This document shows positions 24,932-36,941 of a stretch of 64,000 nucleotides of DNA, piece after piece. The stretch's first letter is position 1. Each line of letters begins with the position of its first letter. The DNA is from Cystobasidiomycetes sp. EMM_F5. Its lineage: Eukaryota. The position numbers and the translations under genes are program-made. Where the stretch lies: NCBI GenBank assembly GCA_051047955.1, contig JBPGPT010000056.1, forward strand, positions 1 through 64,000. The letters are read 5' to 3'. The notes under the pieces are model-generated. The model worked only from the letters and a program-made list of their open reading frames with translations, searched no databases and had not been told where the DNA came from.

Positions 24932-27900
24932 TCATTCCTCATCATCGTCATCATCGATATTGATGGGCTCGCTTGGCCCCCGCATCGCTTTTCGCCATGA
25001 CGGTACATGCCACAGCTCTCCGTCGCTTGTCCCCTGTTCTTCATTATCATTATCGTAATCATACTTTGTTGATCCAATTTCAGGCAGATCCGAGTCGGCA
25101 TCTGAGTATGTTGGGTGGCCATCCATGTCCTCCTCGTTAGGCTCCTCAACCTTGCGCTTCTTCCCACTGCGGGAAGCAGCTTTTTTGCCATCATCCTTCT
25201 TGTTGTTGGCCCCGCTTTTCGCCTTGCCTTTCCCCTTCGGTCTAGCCTTGCTTTGCGACCCCGCCGACTCCGCCGCACTGTTGTTGTCATTCCCCGCTTC
25301 GTCTCCTTCGTCGTCCAGCTGTCCAACTTTGTCCTTCTTCTTGCGCGATTTACGGGCAGCTTTAGGAGCAGCCAAAGTTGTGAGCTCAATACGAAGACTG
25401 CTCGATTCGACTTCCTCTTGTTTCAGGCGAGCCAGTCTGTTAACGTTGCTGCCGGATATGATGTACGCTGTTTTGCCAAGCACAGAACGGATGAGCGAAT
25501 GGCGCAATAATGAATGCGCGTGACCACTCACAAATCGTAGCGTATGCCGTCTGATAAAAATCCTCCTTCAAGTATTTACCCATCAACAGCTTGAGCAACA
25601 ACATTTCGGTATCCTGAGGAGCCCGCTCGTCAGCATGCACACAAAGCCTGTCTCGCAAGAGATGGTACAAACCTCCTTGTTAAGTGCGACTTTTCCGCCA
25701 CAGAACGTCTTCACATCGATATGCCCCTGTACGCCCTTTTCCACCGTGCCAAACAGACCCTTGGCGAGACCTCGAACAATCTCGCAAGCTTGTGGTAGCG
25801 TGCACCGCCCGCTCTGCCTATCCATCTCTCGTACGATCACACAGATCTTCCACGCGTCCATCGTTACGTCTCGGGTCGTTAGCGCACCTGCTGTGCTCGA
25901 AGTGTCGGTAGACGCGTTCATCGGCATGACACGAGCACAATTATCGCAATGTCCGCATGCTATTGTATCACTTTCTGCGAAAGGAGCAACCACGGAAGCA
26001 GGGTTGCCGAAGTATTCGTCAAACAGCAGTTTGCGGCATTTTTGATACTCCACGGCATATGTTAGCATGCTGTACACTGATGATTGAAAGCATGAGGTGA
26101 ACAGGTACTGCAATACTGCATCGGTATACTCACATTTCTGTGCTCCGTCGACTTCGCCCATTGTCAATGTACTTAATCTCGAAGCATCGGCTGCTCGGAA
26201 CCAAAGTACGCATTCGCTATCATTGCCGTCTCGTCCGGCTCGTCCAGATTCTTGGTAGTAGCCTTCCATGCTCTTGCTCATTGAATGGTGGTACACGTAT
26301 CTTACATTCTGCAGGCAAGACTTTAGCAAGTACTCCACCCCCACTATATATGCTTGACTTACCGGCGCATCGATGCCCAACCCGAAAGCGATTGTCGCAA
26401 CGACGCATTTCACTTTGCCTTTCCGCCACTGCTCGTGAATACGCTGTTTCTGGTAGTCATCCATCCCTGCATGGTACGTGCCGGTAAGGATTGCCCCGTC
26501 CGAAGCTTTTCGCAAACCATCAGCGACCGCTTGAGTGTCCTTTTGCGAGAGCGTATATCTAGGTTGTATATAGATATTAATCACCCTGTCGTGTCACGTC
26601 TACCCCAGAAACAACCTACACGATTCCAGTTTGATCACGATGATTCGCCAAGATCTGGTCCGCCATTTCTTGCACGACTTTATCCGCAGACGCCGGTTTC
26701 GGACGCACAGAATAGTGGAGATTCGCTCGATACAGCGGCGCAGAAAAGAAGACGGTCTTGTTGGGAAGGGCTGCTGAACCGGGCGTACATTCCTTGAGCT
26801 GCAGGATCCGTACGACATCGTTTAAAACTGCGCGACCGCACGTAGCCGTGAATGCAACGATGGGCACTCCTGGATATAGACTTCGTAGAAGAGAGAGCTT
26901 CTTGTAATCTGGTCGGACTGTCAGGCGATCATAGAACATGGTAAGCATACTCTCTGCTCAGAATAAGAAGGAGTGAGCAAGAACCGACAATCGTGGCCGA
27001 GCTGAGAGCAGCAGTGCGATTCATCGATAGCGATGCGAGCTAGTAGACCTTGCTCTCGCATGCGTGAGAGGATCTGGATATCGAAGTCAGCACAACGGTC
27101 GTTTGCCACGACAGGTCTGTACAAACATTCTGAAACGTCTTACTGCGGGCAATCTTTATCATCGGAATATCAGCTATTTTGCATACCAAGGATTCGCAAA
27201 CTTTGCACCTTTTCTGGCGTAACATAGCACAGCTTTATCGCTGTCCTTGCAGAAGTGCCTTCGTGAGCCAGCAGAGCAGCATGTATATCTCGAATCTCCT
27301 CTTTCGTAGTCGAACCCGTGATCCTGATGGTCTCCGTCTTTCAGGTCCACAGCTGGCAGGTAGAGCTGAGTGTAATTCTGCCTACATGACAGCTTCAATG
27401 CCCTTCTCGCGCAGGTGCATGACTTGGTCGCTCATTAATGATATCAAAGGCGAGATGACGAGTGTCGTGCCCCGTGACAGGAGAGCCGGGAGTTGGAAGC
27501 ATACAGATTTGCCACCTCCGGTCTGAAATAAAGACATAGGGTCACAATATACAACATCAGCCATTAGTGCAGGAACGTACATCAGCCATTAATGCGTATG
27601 AACGTACAGGCATTATGCAAATCACGTCCCGGTTAGCATTTACTGCATTGAGTACGCCCTCTTGACAAAGTCGCAGTTTGGATATTCCAAACACTTTCTT
27701 GAGCGTGTCGTCACGCTTCGTCAGCCAACTAAATTGCGTCGAGTCGCCATAGTCGATTGTTCTTGGTCCGTTCTCCGCCCGCTTGATATTGGTGGACGGA
27801 ATGCCAGCTAGGGCTGCTTCGCGAGAAGAACTCGTCGACACTTTAGGCTGCTGCTTGGTATATTGCTCTTGTAGACTCCTTTTTTCAGCTTGGAGATTGG

Positions 27901-28385
27901 CGAGCACTGACTGCAATTCGCGTAGCTGCTTCTTCACTGAATCGATTTCGCTGTCAATCTGTGAGACAACAGCGGCGCAGCGAGTCAGTGCAGTGTGTAT
28001 TGATAGAGTGACGGTATGTAATGCATACATTAGCTATCTCTTTGGGGATTACTGTTGGAATTGACTGTGATGCAATGGAAGACGGCCCTGCGACACCGTT
28101 GGAGCCATTCGCTGGAGGATGGCCATTCGACCGGAGCTGATTATAGTACTCGTCGATAGCATCGTCCATGTTCTCTACTTCTTCTTCCTCATCATCGTCT
28201 GGAATTTCGTATATTTCTTTGCTTTGATTTCGCGTTACATCGACCCGGCTCGACCGGTATGCGCTCTTCTGCTGCTTCCTGTCCGTCATGATGGCTGCAT
28301 GTTCATCTTCAGCCTCAGCATCAGCGCCGCAATATCCAGCATGGCTGTGCTCGTCGTCTGAACCTGGCGCGTATCTGAATGGCAT
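24932..28385 (-). CDS. RecQ-family ATP-dependent DNA helicase (RECQL1-like)
   Basis: [72 protein letters not shown] Zn motif CRK...CGHCDNC. Confidence 0.93.
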
Positions 28386-28705
28386 GGAAGACAAGGGATA
28401 TCCATTGAATTACAGAGGTTTAAAAGGACATTATAATGAGCATTACAACCGACCATTATTCACTGACTGACAACTGACCTACTGATTGACTGCTAATTGA
28501 CTAACTCTGCGCGTGTTGTTACCCTCGCATTCCTGTTGTAAAGTGCCGAGCCAAACAACATGCCAGACCAAACGTCGAGAAGATGGGAAGAACTGGCTGA
28601 TGGGATGGACGCTGATCCAGAACTCGACCAACTCACTGACCGCAGCCAGCTCATACCCACCCACGCTCATTTACAATCCCCACACTCGTTTACCCACCAA
28701 ACATC

Positions 28706-29795
28706 ATGCACTTCAAGGCCTCGACGACGAGTTTGGCACTCGTTGCAGCAGTGATTACTACTGGCCTGCTCGGAGTGGATGCGCAGAACTGTCAAGCGTG
28801 AGCACCCTCCATATTGCTGCAATGTCGCGCAACCACCCGTCTCACTCTACGCGGTTTGTTTATGTTTGTTTTTCGACAGAGCATGCAACTCGTACAACAA
28901 CCTCAGCGCAGGATGCAACGACAACGCCTGCAGATGCTCGCTGCAGATGATAAATTCCATCAACGCGTGAGTGTTCTCCCGCTTCACGCAAGACTGGCTG
29001 ACAGGATGTTTGGGTATCCAAACAGATGTGGTTCATGCGATGCAAGCCAATTCGGAGGCGACGTCAAAGCATTCGTAGCTCGTGAGCTTTCAGGCTGCGG
29101 TTTAGTGTCCACAGACAGCTCTGACACTCCGCTTCATACGTTCAGAACGACAAGCAGCCTGCGGCGTCGCTGCTACAGCTGCCTCATCCCCTTCGAGCAG
29201 CGCCAACAACAACAATGCTGTAGCTGCAACGTCGTCTGCCAAAGCTGTAGCAAGCAGCACAAACAACGCAGCACCTGCCGCAGCGACGTCCGCCAATTCC
29301 AGCAACTCGAACAGCAACTCTGGCTCATCCAACAGCAATAACAGCGGCAGCAGCAATAACAACAGCAACAACAGCAGCGGCGGATCCAGCTCTGGAAGCT
29401 CATCGAGCGGTAACAGCGGCAGCAGCAACACCAACAATTCGGGTTCCAATGCAGACGGTAGCAGCTCGTCGAGCTCAGGCTCGTCCAATTCTGGCAGCGG
29501 CACCGGTAACAGCGGCAGTGGATCTGACAGCAGTGGTACCAGCGCAGCAGCTGGAGGAGGTGCATCGTTCTCTGCCGCCTCCTCGGTATCCGTCGCTTCC
29601 CCTGTTGCGCGATTCTCGTCCTCTGTCATCGGTGGTATTGGAGCAGCCAACGGAGCATCAGTGACGACAGGAAGCGTGGCCGCAACTACTACAGGGCCCG
29701 TCAAGAATGGAGGTCACCAAATTGTACAGGCTGGAAGTCTGGCACTGTCTGCTGCGCTCGTCGTTGGCGTAGCTTCAGTGTTCCTGCTCGCTTAG
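28706..29795 (+). CDS. Secreted, probably GPI-anchored Ser/Asn/Gly-rich protein with 8-Cys CFEM-like domain (4 exons)
   Basis: Manual splicing (introns about 28798-28879, 28967-29025, 29082-29145) gives signal MHFKASTTSLALVAAVITTGLLGVDA, an 8-Cys domain, a low-complexity stalk and a hydrophobic C-terminus LALSAALVVGVASVFLLA. Confidence 0.85.
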
Positions 29796-30017
29796 ATGCC
29801 GTTCTCGTTGGCACGAAGGCAATTTGTCGTTTTCATCGTCTTGATAACCGTTGTGCTGTGCGTGCATATCGATTCCTTCGTTGTTTCATAGCATTCGTTC
29901 AAAAGCTGTTTTCGATACCGTGCGACTTTTGGCTTTCGATATTGCTTTGACCATCAGAATTTTTCCGATATTCTCTGAAGATTATGCGCCCATGACACTG
30001 CACTCCCACACACTGCC

Positions 30018-31052
30018 ATGACTACCTTCTCGCCGTCCTCATACCTGACGTCCCAAGGCTGGGCTGGAAACGGACATGGACTCCGTAAAGGCAGCCTCAA
30101 GAAACCCGTCACTGTAGCGCACAAGACGAATCTGAAGGGCATTGGCAAGGACAGGGACACGGGGTACGCCTGGTGGGACGATGTTTTCAGTATCGTTGCC
30201 AGCAAGACGGCATCATCGTCTGCAGCTTCGTCTGTGGAATCCAACAATACAAGCAGGAATAACAGCCGCGAAGGATCAGTGGCAGTGAATGATTGTACGA
30301 TATTGTGGTACAGAACAGGACTGATACTTTACTTGTGCGTGCAGACTGACCTCCGCAAAACATCAACCGGGATATTCTCCGCTCGTCCACCTCCTGCAAA
30401 ATCGCATAGTATTGTTGACACAGCTACTCCGGTGAATGTCAAGCCATCTACAAACGGATACTTCAACACCGACATTATCGCACAAGCGAAATTGGAGGCT
30501 GCCAGAAGAGAGCTCTACTCTCGTTTTCTTAGAGGGAAACCGCTTACGGGTACAGCAGATACGGACGAGTCAGATGCTTCGGAGAAAGTTGAAAGATGTG
30601 ATGCGTCTAGCAGTCGTGTGACTATCGATGTTGTCGACGAATCGCAAAGGAGGAGAGAAAAGACAGAACGACGAGCGGCAAGAGCGGAGAAGAAGGCACG
30701 CAAAGAAGAGAAGGCTGTTCGAAAAGCCGCAAAGGTTGCTTCTACGCAACACCGACTAATTACAGGCGATGAGAATGCTTCGCAGACGACAAAGGAACAC
30801 CATGAGCCGGATTCCACAGCAGACAGTGCGACCGCCGGTGACCTGAGCGACCATCACACGGCTGCTTCTCCCGATAAGAACACTCGGAAGCGGAAACGCA
30901 ATATAGATGTAGTCAATGCCGATCCTCCATCAGATTCGCTTAGCCAGGAAGTTCCGGTAGACCCGTCGCATCGTCTAAATACGATAAAGACCGACAAATC
31001 ATCCTCTCGCAAAGAAGCGAAACGCTTGCGCAAGGAGCAAGGACTGGGATAG
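30018..31052 (+). CDS. G-patch nucleolar protein (Tma23/GPATCH4-like)
   Basis: YLTSQGW..GHGL...LKKP...KGIGKD...WWDDVF, LYSRFLRG, Lys/Arg-rich tail; probable intron near 30280-30343. Confidence 0.8.
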   Translation: MTTFSPSSYLTSQGWAGNGHGLRKGSLKKPVTVAHKTNLKGIGKDRDTGYAWWDDVFSIVASKTASSSAASSVESNNTSRNNSREGSVAVNDCTILWYRTGLILYLCVQTDLRKTSTGIFSARPPPAKSHSIVDTATPVNVKPSTNGYFNTDIIAQAKLEAARRELYSRFLRGKPLTGTADTDESDASEKVERCDASSSRVTIDVVDESQRRREKTERRAARAEKKARKEEKAVRKAAKVASTQHRLITGDENASQTTKEHHEPDSTADSATAGDLSDHHTAASPDKNTRKRKRNIDVVNADPPSDSLSQEVPVDPSHRLNTIKTDKSSSRKEAKRLRKEQGLG

Positions 31053-31217
31053 TCAGACGGAGAGTATGTACAAGAGTATGTGCAGCCATGAGAGCTCGTA
31101 GTCTCAGTGCCTGCTGGCCTGTTGTTGTAAGACAAACGACACTTGCTTTCTTGCCCCAGTAAGCAATGTTCATGCTATCATACATTGTCAAAGTACGTGT
31201 GTAAGGTTACGTCTTGC

Positions 31218-32996
31218 TCAGAATCCGAAAATCAGATTCGTAACCGTGCTAATGACGCCTCCGCCAGTCGAGTTGGCTTGCTTCTTGTCTGCCTGCCCAT
31301 TCGTCTGCGCAGACGGCTGCTGAAAGACCTTTGGGTCAATCTTGCCTAGATCCGCTAGTCTACTGCTCGTTGCTGAGCGCGCTACTTGCATGTGAGCAGA
31401 CGACGGTTTCGGTTTCAAAAAGGCCGCAGAAGCAGGTAAAACTCTTGCTGGTGTGCCAAGCGACGTGGAAGATTGATTATGCTGAGAGTCAGATGCCTGT
31501 TGATCTGCTGAAGAAGCTGCAGCAGCAGAAGCGGCATCGGCGTACTTGACGCCAATCATAAAGCCCGAAATCACATCTCCATGCCGCGCTATAGCCCGTT
31601 GTGCAGATACTGTAGATTCATAGCCAAGCGTAAACCAATTTGCGCCTGTGTCTCCCTTCTGTGAGCCTTCCGGTTTCGAGGTTGACGACGAATTGTACGA
31701 AACTGGGCCAAGGGAGGTGAATTGTCGGACGACGTCTTGTCGAGAGTCGGGAGGGAACCCAAAGACAACGATCTTGAATCCTCCCGATAGCGATGATAAG
31801 GGAGTCGACACGCCGTTCGATGTAGAGGCTGATGCGTTGCCGTTCTCGGTCGGTCGGCGGCCTGACCCAGGTAATGCGAGGGCGCCTACAGAGGGAGGAG
31901 ATGAGATGCCGTTCGTAAGCGCTCCAATAGGTTGCGGTGAAGTAGAGAATTGCGTAGACATGTTGCTCTCGTCATACTCGTCAAGCGAAGTTGTGGGAGG
32001 AGCGTCCTCGTCCATACCGGACGTGTCGCCGTCACCTTGAGAGGAAGAAGACGCAGCTGTGCTTTGACGCATGCGGGACGATGATACCAAACCCGCTCGT
32101 GTCGCATACAATGACTGTCGAGGCGAACGTGATGGGCTGCAGTAGCGAGCGGATCAGCAAGTAACCAATTGGATACCTGTCAACCACCGACATACCTATC
32201 GCGCCCTCCTCCCGTGCCCCCGCTTGCAGTACTCCCACGCAATCCTCTCGCTCCACTATTGCTCCCAGCCAAATCTCGAGGTGTCTGTTCCGGAGATTTG
32301 CTTTCGTATGATCTAGCCGGAGACTGAAGAAAGCTGTCAGCTTCAGGTTACAACCACTTACCACCCTTCTCTACACACCTGGGCTGCTCCACTGAAGAAG
32401 CTGCTCATAAATCTCGGCGGAGCCCGTTCTTGACCCGGCGACGCTGTGTTTGCAGCGCTTGTTGAATTCTGGTGATGAGCAATAAATGACCCCATATTGG
32501 GCTGATAGAAGCCCTGTTGGGGCTGCTGTTGCTGGTTAGACATGTGTTGCTGCTGTGGCTGGTTTGAAAACGACGCGTTTCCGGAGTATTGGCCGTACGT
32601 TTGCTGCTGCGGCGGCTGCTGGGACATGCTATTGCCTTGCAGTGATTGAAATGAGGTTCCCTGTTGATACTGCTGGTTGTTCTGCTGTTGCTGCGGTTGT
32701 TGCTGTTGTTGCTGTTGCTGCTGCATGCCGTAGGAAGCTGTCGAGTACATGTTTTGCGTCGGTGGAGCATACGACGATGAGGAAAAGAATGGCTGCGAGG
32801 ATGATGAAGCCGCGGATGGAGTGCCATAGCCTGAAGTGGTGTTGTTGTTGGGGTTGTTGCTCGAAAAGCCGTAGCCTGGCTGCTGCTGCTGCTGGCCATT
32901 CATTGGTGTCCCGAATCCATTACTATTGCTGCTGCCCTGCCCTCCTCCTCCCCACATACTGCTGCTGTTGCTCTGCTGCTGCATCGCCCAAGACAT
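31218..32996 (-). CDS. Nucleoporin Nup53/Nup35/Nup40-like (RRM)
   Basis: Q/S/N-rich N-terminus, APPTTSL, RRM with IVVFGFPP, GANWFTLGY, AQRAIARHG...MIGVKY, and C-terminal amphipathic VTNLIFGF. Confidence 0.85.
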
Positions 32997-33247
32997 TGTC
33001 TGTTCAGAATGGGTCTGATGGCAAGAGTCAGTCGCACGGCTTGGAAGCAAACGAACAACCAAGAAGCGAATGAAAAGAAGCGATTCATTGAGCTGACACA
33101 CAGCTAACCGTAAACTATCTGACATGCTAACAAAGCAGTCACACGCCGTAATATGACTGTCGTGGGATGTTCCCAAATTTATGACGACCTCCGCTATGCG
33201 AGCCTCATGTGTTTGTGTGCTCACTCGGCACTGCTCGCGAATGCCCT

Positions 33248-34290
33248 TCACAGGCTGACTGCCTGATCTTTTGCTAGCCTTGGTCTTTGCCTTGCTTGCA
33301 TATTCTCAGCATCGCCATTGTCTGTTGAAGACTTCGCCTTCGCCTTTAGGTCCTTGACGGCCTCGATCTCCTCCTGTATGCAGAGTGAGTGCATGTACGC
33401 AGGCTGTCTCCAGGAAAAGCTTACTTCTGCAGTACTGATCAGCAGGAAGGTCTCTGCGGGGATCTCGATCGTTGTGAACCATATACTCCGCCAGATATTC
33501 TGGGCAGACTCATCCGCACTGGGTGAGGACACTGCATGCCAGCTACTCGCACCTGCTGACCGGTCCTCATAGGCCACGTTTCTGTATTTCTGCGGGACAT
33601 ATTGCCAGAGCTGTTCCTGCGACTTTGCGAACTATGAGTTTGTCTGGACCCTCTGGTGGAGCAGCTGCCAAAAGGTAGCTGTGACCGGCCAGCGACAGAT
33701 TCTGCGGACCAAAATGATCAGTCTGATGCGCCTCGTCATCCAGCCGCATCAGCACTCACGGCATACTTCGCAGCTTGTGCCTGCACTGAAGTCAGTATTG
33801 TCCTCAGCGCTGAAGATATTTTCCTCACGCGCTGAGCCGGACGCAGACTATACGAAGAGGCGTTGGCCGCCGGCTCGACGAATTCGACCATGGCTGCTCG
33901 CCATGCCTCGGCTGAGAGGGCAGCACTGACGTCTGCCTCTTTTTCTTGGCATCGCGCTTTCAGAAGCGCGATGTCCTTCCTCATCTCCTTCATTTCCTTG
34001 CAAGCTCATTTTATTGCAGTATTGGCGTCTATCCGAGTCTCTGTCATCTGGTGTCATACACGGCAGCATCTGGACCCACTAGGCATACTGATTGGCGTGC
34101 ATGAACAGTGTCCCCGTTTTCGTTCTCTTAATGTACAAACGCACCGGCATTGTCAGAAAGCTGCAAACTAGCGGTTGCAAAGTGGTGCTTACGCGCAACA
34201 GCAGCCAGGCCGTAGGCGATGGGTATCGCCTCATAAGCTCCGCTTACTGGACGTTCGTCTTTCCGACGGCCCGTGAGCGAATGTACTCAT
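33248..34290 (-). CDS. Hypothetical spliced protein, boundaries uncertain
   Basis: Adjacent minus-strand ORFs (33736-33993, 33567-33755, 33248-33577) with splice-like signals and a coiled-coil-like segment; no family recognised. Confidence 0.35.
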
Positions 34291-34582
34291 CGACTGTCCC
34301 GAAGGAATATTGTCAAGAAAGAAGGAAAGAAGGAAGCGTCAGACAAGTTTACATTTCAACCTGTCAGTCGTTGATCGAGTCCTCCACGCGAACAATCTCA
34401 TTGAGTGGTGTATCAGTCGCTTGAATCGTTTCGTTGCTAAACTTCCGAGTCGCCTGTCAGTGTCGTTGCAGATTGCCCCCACTGATTACTTTGCGTATGC
34501 GACAAACAACAGTGCAAAGAACGATTTCAAAACAGTCCGACCGTACACCGCTGTTACTTGATATCTTCTTCCAAAGCCATCT

Positions 34583-34641
34583 CGAGCTTCGTGCACCGAG
34601 CTTCGTGCACCGAGCTTCGTGCACCGAGCTTCGTGCACCGA
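34583..34641. repeat. Perfect 14-bp tandem repeat (CGAGCTTCGTGCAC)x4
   Basis: Directly visible; lies about 55 nt downstream of the ERG13 stop codon. Confidence 0.95.
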
Positions 34642-34695
34642 CGAAGCTGTCGCAATAGTCACCTGTGACTGTCGAACCGCTTTCCCTTGCAGTAC

Positions 34696-36651
34696 TTATG
34701 CCTTGACGCCATAGAACCGCCTGTTCATCTCGTCAACCTTTTCGAGGTAGTATGTGCCCGCAAACAGCTTGTCGTTTGATCCGGCAGGCGTATAGTTCTT
34801 GATGTTGTGCTTCTCCTCTCGCAACTGCACAATTGCAAATGCAGCAAACGATGTCAGTCAATGTTATAGTAAAATCAATCGGTGTGCAGGCCTAGCTCAC
34901 TTTCAAAGCATCAACAAACTCCTGGCATGGTCTCACTTCCATAGACGCAAGTCTCTCCTTCAGGTTCAATGTTGTCCTGATCGAGCTGGTGTCACCTCGG
35001 ACGTAGATGGTGAAGAACGACGCAGCGAGGCCGCTGCCGAAAGAGAACAGAGCGATACGCTTGCCTTGAAGCTCCTCTGGTGCCACCGAGTCGACTATGC
35101 TGGCAAGACCGCCGTATACAGATGCCGTGTACATGTTGCCTAGCCGGCGCATGCACTGCGTTGCGGGCCAAACGGCGCTCTTGTATTTGTCTGCTGAAGC
35201 AGCGATGAACAACTTTTCGCAGTCCTTGTTGAGCACAGACTTGTTGCGTGGCATTGTTTTGAACTCTTCAGGAATGTGAGAGAATCGCTCGGCAGTAGGA
35301 TCCGCAAGGTAGTCAATGTAGAAGAGTCGAGCAGTCGCTTTTTGTACAAGCTTGCCGTATGGCCCGTGCCAGCCAATGTAGTCGAAGGAATCGACAGTGA
35401 TGGTGCTGTCGGTGGAATGATTGCCGTTCACTCCGTTGGCTTTGGTGGCAGACTTGCCGGCCTTTGCGCGCTTGGCTGCCTTTGCCTTGTAATTCTCGTA
35501 AGACTGCTCGAGGCCGCCAATGTAAGAGTGCAGAGTGAGTGGCCCATCGACTGAGGGGTACTCAGATGCCAAGTCTGGCTTGAAGAAATCCCACCAGTTC
35601 CCAACACAGTTTCCGTGAGTGGCTGCATGATATTATTAACAAGATAAGCTTTGGAATAACACACTGAGCGTAAAGGAACGGACGTTCGATAACCATGGGT
35701 GCATCAGGACCGATGAGAATAGCTGCGGCGCCGGCGCCTCCGACAGGTCGAGCAGATCCTTCAGCGTATACGGCAATATCGCCGCAGACCATGAGGGCGT
35801 AACGGCCATCCCAAGATTCGGACTGCACCCAGTTGACGCAGTTGAAGAGCGCAGCTGTGCCACCGTAGCAGGCATTCTTGCTGTCAATGCCTTCGATGTC
35901 GTAGTTGCCGCTTGGCGCAAACAGATCCATGAGTACAGTCTTCACAGACTTGGACTTGTCAATGATGGACTCTGTGCCGACATCGAGCCGACCGATAGTG
36001 CGTGGGTCAATGTTGTACTTCTTTAGCAGATTGGAGGTGACTGTTGACAGGTGCGCTTAAATTCGCATCGATGAAAATGACTGCTTCTCTACACACCGGT
36101 GAGGGCATATGAATTGATGTCTTCATTGTCACTGCTGAAGGCCATGTATCTGGAATGCGGAGAATCAGCGGAATCAGCGGAACCATCGTCAGCATGTAGA
36201 CATGCTGAGTCAGTCATAAAACTCACTCCTGGCCTAGCCCCTTCGTATACTGCATGTGCGAATGTAGCCAACATTGTTAGCCGCTGGCGAAGCAAGACAG
36301 CGGATAGCTTCCCACCTTTCCGGCTGCGACTCCATCAAACTTCTCGAGCTCCGTCTCGTCGATGCACGTCGGTGGGAAATAAATCTCAATAGCGTCTGTT
36401 TAGGGATGTTGTTGCAGATTTGTAGGGTTGAGGCACGAGCGCAAGTCGGAGTTTGCGAGGAGATGGAATACCAGCGACGACAGAAGCGTGCACATTAGAC
36501 CATTAGCAATGCCAGTACAGCCTGCCATTTTGTATCAAAGCTCAGGCTCACGTATTCCGACATTCTCGGGTCTCTTTGAATCTGAGACTTGGAATGGAAA
36601 CGCAGCTCCCTCGAGGTGCAGGTTTGGTGCTGAGCCTGATGGTGCTGCCAT
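34696..36651 (-). CDS. ERG13: Hydroxymethylglutaryl-CoA synthase
   Basis: [42 protein letters not shown] (catalytic Cys), [23 protein letters not shown]. Confidence 0.97.
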
Positions 36652-36941
36652 GGGTTGAGTGGGTGCTATGCTGTGGTGCTGGTTAGATGAATCTCAAATT
36701 TGTTTGATATTGTGCAAAGTTGAACCAGATGGACGCGAAGAAACAAGGACGGACTCAACCAAAACCTCAATCGCAAAGACGGCACAAACAGACCGGAATG
36801 GTCTCATTCGAATAAGCTATGGACAGCTCTGCTCAGTCTATCGTTCAACGCGGGATTAGGCGGTCGAAAAGCTCGTTTTTTTGCAAACCTCGTACGATAA
36901 CGATGCAACGCGCGAATGACGCGACAACAAATGCGCGACTC

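Noticed and set aside
29102..29704. 200-aa Leu/Pro-rich and poly-Cys minus-strand ORFs
   Set aside because: Antisense shadows of the low-complexity S/N stalk of the plus-strand GPI protein.
34583..34641. CRISPR-like array
   Set aside because: Units are contiguous with no spacers, the context is eukaryotic and there are no cas genes.
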